A DNA stretch of 63,990 nucleotides, filler included, from Catajapyx aquilonaris (lineage: Eukaryota), in assembly GCA_000934665.2 (NCBI GenBank). It is 3 parts of 3 records of this genome, joined end to end, with 100 filler letters (N's around TTAATTAATTAA, not from the genome) between each part and the next. Parts side by side here need not be neighbours in the genome. Positions count along the whole stretch, not along the records: positions 1 to 23,573 come from KZ539503.1; positions 23,674 to 44,179 come from JYFJ02006249.1; 1 more part is not named here. One strand, written 5' to 3'. Of the stretch, positions 13,419-25,365 are shown piece by piece; positions within the stretch are counted from its first letter, which is position 1, and every line of letters begins with the position of its first letter. The notes under the pieces were generated by a model. It was not told where the DNA came from. It worked only from the letters and a program-made list of their open reading frames with translations, and searched no databases. Both the position numbers and the translations under genes were made by a program.

Positions 13419-13880
13419 CCATCAGGGCGGAAGATTGGATTCCTAGGCCTAGGCCTGATGGGCTCCAACATTGTCAAGAATCTGTTGTACTCTGGTCATT
13501 CTGTGGTAGTATGGAACCGCACCCCAGAGAAGTGCTGTGACTTGGTGATGTGTGGAGCAGAGCTGGGAATGACCCCAGCTGATGTTGTTTTAGCAGCAGA
13601 TGTGACCTTCAGCTGTGTTGCAGATATGAAAGCAGCCAAAGACACAGTTTTTGGGAATTGTGGGGTTCTGCAGAAGATGACTGGTGGCAAAGGATATGTG
13701 GAGATGACTGGTGTGGATGCAGAAACCAGCACAGCCATTGCAGAAGCAATTGGAGCCAAAGGGGGGAGGTACCTGGAGGCTCAAATACAGGGAAGTGCAA
13801 CTCAGGCTGAGGAGAGCACATTAATCATTCTAGCCGCAGGGGACCAAGCTTTGTTTGATGACTGCCAGTCCTGTTTCCAG
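13419..13880 (+). CDS. GLYR1: GLYR1-like coding exon 3 (NAD(P)-binding Rossmann domain)
   Basis: PSGRKIGFLGLGLMGSNIVKNLLYSGHSVVVWNRT...GKGYVEMTGVD...GGRYLEAQIQGS. Acceptor aaatttag at 13418, donor CAG|GTAAGC; 462 nt, phase 0/0. Confidence 0.95.
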
Positions 13881-14120
13881 GTAAGCTTCCTTTAACAGTA
13901 GGCCTACTGTATTTTAATTATCTGTGGCATTAGGACCATCCACATTCTAAAGTTTCATGATCATGTATGGTACGATCTTTTGTGTTGACGTGTCAATTAA
14001 TGATGAAAATAACTCTGAGCAACAAATTTTTATAACAGTCAAGGCTCTGATATTAACCCTTTGAGGCCTACGTGCATCATATGAAGTCCTGAGCTTTTTT
14101 GAATTTGACCTGCTAGGATG

Positions 14121-15382
14121 CAAGATCTATAGAACTCAACCAGGTCTCGTATTGAGGGGGACGAAATAGAGCAGCGCCTGGGAATGATGTCATCTGGTGC
14201 GAGTTGGAGCCTCTGCCGGGGCCTTTCTAGGCGGGAAACACGGTTTATTAGCGCGCGGAGTGCTGGAAAACCTGGTGATAAGGTGTATTTCGTGCCACAA
14301 AGTTATTTTTGACATTCTATAGTGTCACATGGAAAGGAAACAAGTAGTGCGTTAGATCGCCCCTACTGCTATGGCAATGAGACTGAAACTGTAAATCATT
14401 ACTTTTGGCTGAATGTTTGCATGCTAGATTATTTTCCTCCTAAGGGCTACGTCACTCAATGAATTGGCCGAATGTATTGTTATGGCACAGGCAACCTAAA
14501 CAATTAATCGGGGTAAATCCTAAATTTCGCAAGGTACACCAGGTGGTACTGAATAATGTAATTATAACTGATAATACAGTGTTGCTATAAAAAAGAAGGA
14601 ATTTAAACACACATTCGAAAGACTTCATTTGTAGGTGTCCTGTTCATTTGACAGATGTATCTTTAAATTTAATCTGCAAGCTCTCTTCATTGACCACCAC
14701 ATCAAGTTACAAAATCTCGAAAAGACAACTAACTTACAAAAATGGGGGATTTTTTGTGGGAAATGGCACATTTTTGGATGACAAAGTTTTAACTAGACAT
14801 TTCAAAGTTAAAAGCTGTGGCGATCTTATTTAGCAGTCATGAGCACAGCCATTTGCGACTGAGGTCCAGCCTAATAAATACATCCTTACATTGTATTTGT
14901 CTTTATAATCAATGTACAAAGTCATGAATTCATGGCACTTCCTAGCAGGGCTGTCACTCTTTATCCAGTTACTTTTTTGCATTTTTTGCATTTTTTGCTG
15001 CAACTTACAGACATATAGGTACTGATTCAGATGCCTAAGCCTAATGAAGGTTCTACATTTCACAAAATATGCCACCACTTCCTTTGGCACCTGTGGAATA
15101 CTCCTCTGCAGTAAGAAACACTGCTTCATGAAACTTTTAGTCGCTTCTGGCTTCAAGCTGTTGCCATGATATGCCTTAAAAGTAGCGTTCATGACATGAA
15201 GATACGCTTCAAAACCACATTCTGGTTTTTTAAAGCTGCCTTTGCTTCGAAATGACACCCGCTATGATACATCTCCTGGTTTACACACAACACCTAACTC
15301 GGGGGATTTCCTCTTGAATTTTCGTGGGTGACAGTACAGTCAGTGCCGGATTTACCCCCTCGGCCGCCCCTATGCAGTTGAG

Positions 15383-15434
<52 letters not shown>

Positions 15435-16065
15435 TCNCCCCCCCCCCCCCCCCCCAATGCTGCTTAATTTTTTTGTCGAGTTCTCTATACTTAATTTCAT
15501 TAATTTTATACAAAAATTTATATTTTCAACACTTTCAACTTATGGCCGTCCCTAGGCTTTTATGCCTAGTGGCAAATCCAGCACTGGGAACCCCCCGGCA
15601 AAATTTTTGAAATTTTTAAATGATTTCTCCATTATTTCCTATTATTGTAGCCTATTTGAAAAATATTTATTGCAACTTGCGGCCGCCTATTCTGCCAATG
15701 GTAAATCCGGCGCTGGTTCCATTCACGTAATTATTGATCATTAATTTTACATTTACTTTTTTTTTTGTATGCCTAAATTTGCCGCCCCTTAAAATCTGCC
15801 GCCCTAGGCAACTGCCTAGGTTGCCTTGCCGTAAATCCGGCGCTGACTACAGTTACCAAAGATAGCTGCTGTATATTCCTATAATTCCTATAATATAATA
15901 GCAGAAATCTTTGACAGTGACAGTGATTTCCGTCAACCTGCGTTCAGCTGCCATGGAGGCCAGGGAGAGCAGGGCGGGAAGGTAGCACCAGGTGACGTAG
16001 ATGAGTCATGTGAGGAGGCGGGGCATCTGCGCAATACGAGACCTGGTTGAGTTCTATAGATCTTG
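14121..16065 (-). mobile_element. Internally deleted P-element/THAP9-like DNA transposon
   Basis: Perfect 34-bp TIR caagatctatagaactcaaccaggtctcgtattg; flanking direct repeat gctaggatg. Residual ORF 14830-15258 ending FVKCRTFIRLRHLN resembles the P-transposase C-terminus. Confidence 0.75.
15341..15845. mobile_element. hAT MITE nested in the P-like element
   Basis: cagtgccggatttac ... gtaaatccggcgctg; TSD agtacagt / actacagt. Confidence 0.8.
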
Positions 16066-16317
16066 GCTAGGATGTGCATAGCGAATCCGAACTTTGCAGT
16101 TCCAAATGCGGTTCAATATGCTCCTGCCATCTCATGGATGGTGACTGAACTACCATAGCATTCCCAGAATCCCCTCTGCTTCCGCAAAGTTGAGTCGTAT
16201 ATGCCAAGGTCGTGTTGCTCCCGCGCAATCGTTTATGTAAACATGAGACCTCAGTACAGGGTGTCCCATAAAGCCTGGACCCTTGGGAGTTTCTCATAGT
16301 ACAGTGTTGTGGTAAAA

Positions 16318-16616
16318 TTTATTTATTTATTTTTATTTTACCCCATGAAAGGGCGGAGCCCTTTTAGGGGGGTGGCATACCACCGTAAGTTTTCTTCGAT
16401 ATTTCCGACTCTTGCTTCACACATGGGTGGGGCCAAGTATAGGGATGGAAGGAAGCTGCTGTGGCCTATTTTTACGGAAACGACCCTGGAATTATCCTGG
16501 GGGAGCCGTGGGAAAGCACAGAAAACCATGGTCAGAGTCGCCGGCCCCAGGATTCGAACCCAGGACCTCCCGATTAGTAGGCGGACTCCAAATGCACTAC
16601 ACCAACCTGCTTCGGT
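16318..16616 (-). mobile_element. tRNA-derived SINE, family 1
   Basis: Reverse-complement match to 3736-4030. Confidence 0.88.
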
Positions 16617-17024
16617 GTGTGTTGTGGTTATATTATGTAACCATAATAACAATGTATAAAGATTGAGTAAATTTGTTAGGCTTATCGACGTCCTGAGAGC
16701 CAGACGATTCTAAAATATTTATTTCTGGAACACCATGTTGATGAATTTCTTCTGACATTTTACATTCAAAAGGACCACTACGAATTAAAATGATTAATTT
16801 TCTGGGCAAAGTTGTTATTCATCAATATCACTCCTACATTGAATTTTGGACAAAAAAGAAAAAAATGATCAAAAAATCTGCCAAAAACTCGGCCGTCAAA
16901 GGGTTAAAGTAGCCATTTAAAGATTTCAAGGTCCTGAACATGAATATGACAAAGAAAATACGAAATTGGTTACGATTTCTGAGAACCCGCAATAGTTTCT
17001 TATCCAGGGTAAAGGCAAACTTGC

Positions 17025-17426
17025 GGACAATCGCCAGGTAGACTAATCGTACTCACAAAACTAATATAGGGATGTGCAATTAGTTTTTGGCTCCGTTGCG
17101 TAGTTAATGCGTATGGTGCCTTTAAAGTGTAGAGGGCTGAATGGTATAATATGAGGTAAAAACGACTAAAGTGCACGGGTGTCGTACCCTGATTCTTACT
17201 CTGATGGGATTTGATCACCTATTGCACATATGGACGATTACCGACCCAAGGCTGGATTGTTTGGAGGTCCTCGAGCTGGCTTTTGCTTATTTGAAGCTGG
17301 CAGAATAGATGTGATGTCACGAAACTTTGCCAGCACCATACGCATTAACTATGCAACAGCGCCCTAAACTAATTGCAAATCCCTATATTAGTTTAAGAAT
17401 ACCATCAGTCTACCTGGGGATTGTCA
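17025..17426. mobile_element. Old MITE with about 95-bp inverted arms
   Basis: ctaatatagggatgtgcaattag...tagttaatgcgtatggtgc versus gcaccatacgcattaacta...ctaattgcaaatccctatattag. Confidence 0.7.
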
Positions 17427-18684
17427 GTGAGTTTCCCTTCACCCTGTATAATAGAGTTATATGTAGTGCATATGACATGTATAAGTAAAGGGTTAAACAA
17501 ATGAGTTTAAACAGTATTTTCAAGAGCTTGAAAGCAAGAAGAGTTTTTAGGCATTGACTTGGACACCTCGAGTAGTGAAGTTTATTAACTCTCATGTAAA
17601 TAGGAATTATAAAGTACCAGGCCCGGCGGCACGGGGGGGGGNNNNNNNNNNNNNNNNNNNNNNNNNNNNNNNNNNNAGAGAGGGGCAGGCAGGTGGCTGC
17701 ACCAAGTGTATCACCTCAGTAATCACTTCCAATTTAATTCTAACCGTGATTTTTTCTAACGGCTGCGCGACAGCGCGGCCTTGTTTCATACAAAACTCAC
17801 ACCATCATGTAACACACATAGTCTTTGGAACTGTCCCAGATGCTATACTGATCGGAAACGCTCATCAAGCGGGGGAACACCAACTCAAAGGTCTCCATCT
17901 ATCACCCCCTATAACGCCTAGCCATCACATCTTTCTGCCCAGGGGCCGTTCAGGAGCTCAAAAAATCATTTCTGCCTTTCCTTTCACCAATTTTCCAAAC
18001 AACAATAAGGTTATTTCTATCCCACATCGCGGAGTAGAAAACCAGAAGCGGCCACAACGTCTTATGGGCATTTTCTGAACCATTCGCATTTCGGCATTTT
18101 TGTTAAGTCAAAAACACCATGTACGCTTTGAAAACGAGCGGGGGNNNNNNNNGGGGCACATTAATACAGAATAGTTTCTCTCATTCCCCCCCAAATAGAA
18201 ATACGTTCCGCCGCCGTTGTAAAGTACATGCATCAGTTGGCTTTTTGAGTGCCACCAAAACTCAGAGAAAAAGTAAAAAACAACTATAAGACAGCTGTTA
18301 AAAGATAATAACACAGTCAGGAAAAGGAGACCACAAGCCGATCTGCTAGCTACATTTTTTTTAAAGCCCCTAAAAATGAAACTAAATGAAACGAGATCTG
18401 CACAGTATTGGGTTTATCACTGACAACGTGTAGAGGAAAAAAATTAGTAGGTTTATGTGAAGACAATATTGTACTAATGTGGGAAAAATCAATAATTCCT
18501 ATTTACATGTGAGTTAATAAAATTCACCACCTTGGGTGTGTAAGTCACTGTCTAAAAACTCATTTTGCTTTCATGCACAAGAAAATACTGTTTTCTACTT
18601 CATTTTTGATGCCCCATCATCTTCCCAGAGAAGTACCTTTATATTTCAGAATTCAGAATTTCCAGCTATAACTAACATGACTTA

Positions 18685-18831
18685 GGGCCGTTTTCTCGAA
18701 CAGTGGTTCAAATGTAAACCCGGTTCAAAGCCGGTTTAAACCCTTGACAACAGCCTAACAACAATCAAATCAGGGATTAAACTGCCGTTGAACCCGGTTT
18801 ACATTTGAACCACTGTTCGAGAAAACGGCCC
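18685..18831. mobile_element. PIF/Harbinger-type palindromic MITE
   Basis: gggccgttttctcgaacagtggttcaaatgtaaacc arms; TTA/TAA flanks. Second copy at 22940. Confidence 0.9.
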
Positions 18832-19843
18832 TAATATACTTGGAACACCCTGTATAAGTAGACACCTTGATCATGCTAAATGCTGCAAAAAAAAAACAAC
18901 AACAACAACAACAACTGGCAAATTTTGCAATAACTAAAAGGACCCAGATACTTAGAACACCCTGTATCCATGGACTGATTCTCATTTACTAAATGCTTCA
19001 TAAGTCCCCTGTCACACATTTAACAGTGACGTTGATAAATAAAGAAAAATCTATTTGGCAGAAATCACTCAATATACTTGACTGAACATTCGTATTGAAT
19101 ATTTGACATTCCAGACATTGATTTGACATTACTGAATGTTCACTAGACATTTGTTAATGGAGAAGCCACATTGGACCTTTTTTACAATGAAATACCCATC
19201 CATGTTTAGAACCAATAAGGTTCATGAAGGCTATTGAATTTTATAGAAATACATAATTTTATGATCTTTCTGAGAGTCACAATAGCATAAAATGGGTATC
19301 ACAGTGAAGCCTCACACTTTCTGCAGCAGTCAACTTCAATTACAATGTCTGTTCATTCTTGAAAGTTCACAACACAAATGTTTGCCCTACACAGCTCATT
19401 TGAAGGACCCGAACCCTAGATTCAGGTTGCAAAAAATGTGATATTAGCTCTTTTTGTAACCTTGAGCAGGATGGGATTGGGATGGACACATAATTCCTTG
19501 GTTTCAACTGGATAGGATGTAGGGAAGATTGAACATCAGCACAGAAGGTTTTCAGTAATTTGAGGTTAAGGGCCAGAAAATATCAATGCAAATTAACCAG
19601 CAAATCTCCAATTATGCATGACATTTCTAATCATAATCAGTTGATGTTCTCAGTATGAATTGATATAGCTGGCCATTAGTTGTGGTAATGGCAATCCCTA
19701 GCTAATGTGATCTTTGTCCTCATTGCTACAAATATTGACAATATATGGTATAGGTAGCCTATTTTTTTACTTTGAAAATTTAGTGATGGCCTTTGCATTT
19801 TATTTGCAGACACTAGACAGTACCATATCTGCTCTCCTTTCAG

Positions 19844-20245
19844 GCAATGGCGTCACGTTCATTTTATTTTGGTGAAATACCTGGTTCAGCTTGCCAATAC
19901 AACCTAGTTCTCCAGCTCATGTCCAGTGTAACATTGGCCGGCTTAGCAGAAGGGATGGCCCTGGCAGCCCGGGCAGGCCTTCAGCAAGAAGATGTATTGG
20001 ATATTATCCAGCAGACATCATTGGCATGCCCCATCATTGTAGAGAAAGGGAGAGCCATCATTGAGGGAGGATTCCCCACCCACCTGACTGTGCAACACCT
20101 ACAGAAGGACCTGAAGCTGAGCCTGTCCATGGGGGACCAGTTGGAGCAGCCTCTGCCTCTGACTGCTTCTGCTAATGAGGTCTTCAAGGACATAAAGAGG
20201 TTGAAGTGTGGGAAGCATAACGAGTTAGCCTGTTACAGGAAGTGA
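19844..20245 (+). CDS. GLYR1: GLYR1-like coding exon 4 (C-terminal helical domain), ends TGA
   Basis: Acceptor ctcctttcag at 19843. AMASRSFYFGE...LAGLAEGMALA...HLQKDLKLSLSMGDQLEQPLPLTASANEVFK matches the GLYR1/6PGD-like C-terminal domain. Confidence 0.93.
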   Translation, partial: AMASRSFYFGEIPGSACQYNLVLQLMSSVTLAGLAEGMALAARAGLQQEDVLDIIQQTSLACPIIVEKGRAIIEGGFPTHLTVQHLQKDLKLSLSMGDQLEQPLPLTASANEVFKDIKRLKCGKHNELACYRK

Positions 20246-20544
20246 ACTTTTTGTTGGGTGGGCCACCACTTGAGAACAATTTGTATGAACTTGTTTTCTC
20301 TTGTGGGGTACTTTAAAATGCTTTGACCCACATCCCCCACATTTTAAAGGCTATGTGGACTGTTATGTCCATGTAACCAGTTGTGTCACAGTTTTCTTCC
20401 CCTTGGTTGGGCAATGTATTTCCAGCCCCTGCAGGTGGTGTAGCATACAGGCAAGTGTTTCAAATAGTGTACACATGTACAGTTTTTGAAAACATGGAGA
20501 TCTGCAGCCATACTGCTTTATGAAGCATGTTTCTTTTGCTCATA

Positions 20545-21460
20545 CGAGGGTTGTCCGATAATTATTATTGGCAACACCATTACCACTCGGCACCCTATGC
20601 CGCCAGGATCGAATGTGGATAGGTACTTTTAGAGTCAGCCCTGGGGAACCCTATGGTACCATTTGCTGATGGGACTTGGCAAGGGTTCGAGACGGACCCC
20701 GATCCATTGGACAGCCTCACATTGGCGTCTGACCCAGACTGGGGATGGCTTTGGACCTCACGGGCTTGGGGCCCAATCCTCCGGCAGGCATGCCCACCAG
20801 TGGGGCTGTTTGTCGAGGTTCGGTCCCTGACCCTGATTTGGCTATAGTTCCAATTCGGACGGAACGAGTGGATCGCCCGGGGTGCCCGAGGTGTCAAAGG
20901 CAGTGCACGGTGGACGGGTGACATAGAGTGATGAGAAGGCCCCTCGTTTGGGGCCCACGGTGTAGGGGCCAATGGATTCACCTTGTATGTATCTGACTAT
21001 GGTACCACTTGCGAAGCAGTCGCAGCAGTATGTCCAGAGGAGTGCCTGTTCAAAGTGTACCCATTTACATGAGCTCCCTAAGACAGCCCTGCTTCATCAA
21101 GATACCTGTTTCACATGGAAAATCTGCCAGACAGCACCATCAAGGTCTTGTACAGAAGTGTGGTGACTCTGCCTCCTGTATCTACCATTGCGATGTTCAT
21201 ACAAGCTTTTAAAGAAGGTCCCCTCCCGAGGGATCACAGGGGCACACTGCAGGGACCCAGTGACGTATTTAGGTTTTTGCCGCCCCTAGGCCTTATCTGC
21301 CCCCCTGCCAACTGATGGCGTTCGAAGCTTTCCATGGATATGGAAAAATGTCATAAAAACGGCTGAGGATTACATCTATGGAATGGGAAATGTTCAAGTG
21401 TGAACCCATACTGATACCAAAATTACAGCAGCGTTGCCAACAGTTATCGGACAACCCACG
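20545..21460. mobile_element. Mariner-like TIR element with internal insertions
   Basis: TA-cgagggttgtccgataa...ttggcaac / gttgccaac...ttatcggacaacccacg. Confidence 0.65.
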
Positions 21461-22939
21461 CATAAAGCATGGTGTAGCAGAGTTGCAGCTAATTATATCA
21501 CTTACCATAGCACATGTTCTTCCCGGACAAGTTTGATACAGTGCCCTAAATGCAAACAATATTCACAACTAGGTTTGCTAACCAGCTAGTGTCCAGCTTT
21601 TAATGGCCTGGAATAAGGAATTTTTATTTATTGATCAACATACATGTATACCATAAGAATTGCACATGTTTACAATCCAGGTTAAATCACAGCATCAATT
21701 GGTTTCCGACTTTTTTGTTGTTAAATTAGGGACGAAGGCTACCAGAACCTCAGCTATTTATGTTATTAAGGAGGCTATGATTCTTGGCTACTAAGTTTCC
21801 AGGTGAGGTTCAGCGAGTAGTCAGGCAAAATCAAGAGGGTTAAATTAATTCTGGGGGTTTTGGTTTGCAAACTTCTGGTGGATCAGTGCTCATGGAAGGG
21901 GCTGGAAATACATTGCAGGGGTGCATGAATCATGGACACTGTGTTATAATTGATGACTTACACACTCCACCATCCCCAGTTATATGAATCTTTGTCTTTG
22001 TTGCCTGGTTCCACCAACCATATAAAACTGTTGGTTAAGAACTAACAGCTATTTAGTACCAGGTATACAGGATTGTGTTCCTATTCCTACAAGAAGGATT
22101 ACTGGGATATGTAACCACATGAGAGTATAGAGCAGGAGAGCAGGAACATAAATAATTCTCATTGTAGGCAGTCTTTATGGAAAGTATCTTACATAAGACT
22201 GGCAGGACCTTTCAAACCAACCAAGCAACAAGGCTGGTCAGCTACATTTTCTCGTCAGGTACACACAGTGAGAATGGTGTTGGCTAAGAAACTAATTAAC
22301 TGGCGGTTAAGAAGGTTGATAGAACCAGGCTTAAAGCGTTTTTGTTCTATGTATTTTCCTCCACACCAAGCAAACTTCAAATCATTGTTTATATTTCTTT
22401 ATTAATATTTTGGCCCACATGCCATCCTTCAAATATTAATGTAGTTAGTTCTGACATTTAGTTTGACTTTCATTCTGAGCCCTGATGTGTTCATCTACTC
22501 GTACCTTTTTTGTTCCTCTTGATGGAAGTTACGGATCATAATTATATATCCCTGTGATGAAAGGATAAAAATCTCGTCCTATGTGCTATGTTCTTCTTGT
22601 TAATTTGAGTTCACCCAGCAAAATGAAATTACTTACTATTTGTATCATGAGGATGATATTTAAATATATAATTTAAAAAGAGGGTCCAATTCACAGACAG
22701 CAATTATTTTATAATTACCCCTTGCCTTGGCAAAACACATCCCAAGGAATAAAACTGTTAAAATGAGCAACTCAAAAGTCACTACCTTTATTCACAACAA
22801 AGGGGTGAGAATTTGCTCTCCAAACACAAATATGTTATTGATCGCTTTGAAATGGTAAAGTGCCCTAATTTCATCACCCATGCTATCTTAGCTGTAACAT
22901 GTTGCAACTTGCCAGTGACAGGGGAACATTGTCCACTCA

Positions 22940-23086
22940 GGGCCATTTTCTCGAAAAGTGGTTCAAATGTAAACCGGGTTCAAAGCCAGTTTAATCCCTC
23001 ATTTGATTGTTGTTAGGCTGTTGTCAAGGGTTTAAACCGGCTTTGAACCGGGTTTACATTTGAACCACTGTTCGAGAAAACGGCCC
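22940..23086. mobile_element. PIF/Harbinger-type palindromic MITE
   Basis: Inverted copy of 18685-18831; 3-bp TSD TCA. Confidence 0.9.
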
Positions 23087-23380
23087 TCACAAGTATGGAA
23101 TTGGTGATCTGACAGCGCTGAAGAGAACATCTGTGCCACATCCATGCCTTGTGCGACCTTTGGCACTGGTTTATTTTTAAATGCATGGTGGACTGTAGTG
23201 CATGCTACGAGGGCTATTCAGAAAGTAACTTCCATTTTTAAACAAAAAAAAAAATGCACCCCATAATTTTTATTAACTTATACATATATTAGGTGCAGTC
23301 AATTAAAAAAGAGCCATACTTATTGCGGAAAACCTATGGGATGGGCCAAGGGGGTAGTCACTCCTCAAAAAAGTGTACAC

Positions 23381-23573
23381 CGGCTCTCTTGAGTTGCGGC
23401 TCTCTGCGGCTCTCTGCGGCTCTCTGCGGCTCTCCGCGGCTCTCTGAGGCTTTCCCCCGGCTCTCTGTGGCTCTCTGCGGCTCTCCCCCGGCTCACCAGC
23501 AGGCTCACCCACGGTCTTATGGGCTCACCGATGCCGAGGAGAGCCGAGGAGAGCCGAGGAGAGCCGAAGAGAG
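23381..23573. repeat. 10-bp (GCGGCTCTCT) tandem array with an inverted counterpart, truncated at the contig end
   Basis: cggctctctg units followed by gagagccgag units. Confidence 0.8.
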
Positions 23574-23673
23574 NNNNNNNNNNNNNNNNNNNNNNNNNNN
23601 NNNNNNNNNNNNNNNNNTTAATTAATTAANNNNNNNNNNNNNNNNNNNNNNNNNNNNNNNNNNNNNNNNNNNN
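23574..23673. other. Artificial contig spacer N44-TTAATTAATTAA-N44
   Basis: Exactly 100 bp with a central 12-mer giving stops in all six frames. Confidence 0.97.
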
Positions 23674-24609
23674 GGGGGAATCTGGAGTTGCTATGATAGT
23701 TGAGTCACCATCCAAGAGATGGCAGGAGCATATTGACTCGGGTTTGGCAACGCAAAGTTCGCCTTCTCTGTGCACATCCTCACGCGCCAAATTCAAAAAC
23801 CTTCAGGTCATCATAATAATTATGATGTACTTAGCCGTCAAAGGGCTAATATAAGGAGGGGGGAGGGAGGTCGGGAGGGGAGTATATTGCTGATAATTAT
23901 TGGATGAGCATCATTAAGAACATGGCCTACACCGTAGGTCGCAGGCCTAGAAAAGAGCGAGCGAAGCAAGTGGTTTTCTAGGCCTGCGCCCTAGGAAAAT
24001 GCGAGCGGAGCAAGGGTTTTCCTGGTTGAGGGTTTAAAACAGTGGGAGAGGTTAGATTTCAAAATTGTATCCTAGAAAAAAGTTGAAAATGCATTTTCAG
24101 ACATTCCCCACCCATCCCACGCACATCAAGTTCCATATTTTGTATTCTCTTGGTTTCCTTACGTAAGTGTGTCATGCATAGATGTGAATTTTGGGCCTTG
24201 GGCTGAGAGACTGTTGTCCCATGTTGGGACTGTAAGGCAAGGCAACCAATGCAGCACTAGTTTCATTTCATGGCTAAACATGGGTGATATGTGCTGAAAC
24301 CAATCCATGAAGGGTATCAATTGGAACTCGTAACCTTATGCTACCAGTTGCACAAAACTGTAGGTAATATTCCTGTAAGACCCTATGCACAGTAGCCAAT
24401 TGCATTGTGAATGGTTCTGCATTTGGCTACATTTCAGTCTTGCAGTTGAGAAAGTTGCAAAGAATTAAGATTATGCAACTTGACTGTTTAGGCTGCATGG
24501 TTCTTGGAAGCCTTGGACAATATTAATCTGTAGCATGTTAGGTGTGCTTAAAGTAAATTAAACTTGTGTATGTTTAACATTGGAATAGTAACATAACTAT
24601 TTTCATCAG

Positions 24610-25365
24610 GAGGAGCCACCAAGGAAGGACACCAGAGCTCCAACTGAAATGCCCATTGGGAACCACATATGTGAAAAGTGTGATGTGACCTTCAGTTCAG
24701 AGGCGGAGTTAGTAAGTCACAATGCAACCCACCAGCAGCCGTTCATGTGCAATATATGCAAGAAGCCTTTCCAGTCAGTGGCAATACTGCTGACACACTT
24801 CTCAATTCACCACACTTCAACGTCATCGAAGACTTCTGCAACTGTCAGTGAACAGTCTTAAGGGCCGTATCCACGTAAAAGTTTTCTCGTGCAAGAGGAG
24901 CCAACTGCGCATGACCGGATCAGAGGAACGAGAAAAAGTAAAAAATTGTCAACTTTAATCTCCTTTCAGAGGAACCAGAGGGGCCCTGAGGCGACATAGA
25001 GTCCGTCTCGACTGACAAGATTCCTCGCTCAAGAGGACTCATGCCCGAGAAACTTTTACGTTGATACCGCCCTTTATACCCAGAGTGCCAAATTTTCACC
25101 ATGTAAATTTTTATTTCAGAAAGCGCTGCCAACAGCTGGTATGGTGACAGATTCCATCCGGAATTCCAACCCAAGCCACAACCTAAGACAAGAACTGCAG
25201 TTACATGTGCAACAGAATGCAGTAACTTCCCCACCAACTTCTGGAAATGCTCATGCAGTTTTGAGAGGAAATCAAAGTAATCGCTACTCATGTTATGAAT
25301 GTGATCTTACTTTCAGTAGCGTCCAACAGTGGGAATATCATAAATATATGAAGCATCCCTCCTAA
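24610..25365 (+). CDS. C2H2 zinc-finger cassette A (3 fingers); exons 24610-24843 and 25120-25365
   Basis: Acceptor tttcatcag at 24609, frame open to ATG 24649. Fingers CEKC..H..H, CNIC..H..H and CYEC..H..H. Probable phase-0 intron 24844-25119 (GTCAGT...atttcag) containing a MITE. Confidence 0.75.
24861..25073. mobile_element. PIF/Harbinger MITE inserted in ZF cassette A
   Basis: TIR agggccgtatccacgtaaaagttt / aaacttttacgttgataccgccct; TSD TTA; absent from copy B. Confidence 0.92.

Larger units (their letters stand above)
14057..16903. mobile_element. piggyBac-like non-autonomous element hosting nested insertions
   Basis: TTAA-ccctttga ... tcaaaggg-TTAA. An uninterrupted copy of its left end occurs inverted at 23674-23848. 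Confidence 0.8.

Noticed and set aside
8509..24610. PWWP-to-zinc-finger fusion by cis splicing from GLYR1 phase-0 donors
   Set aside because: Phase-compatible, but it crosses an artificial contig join, so it has no support.
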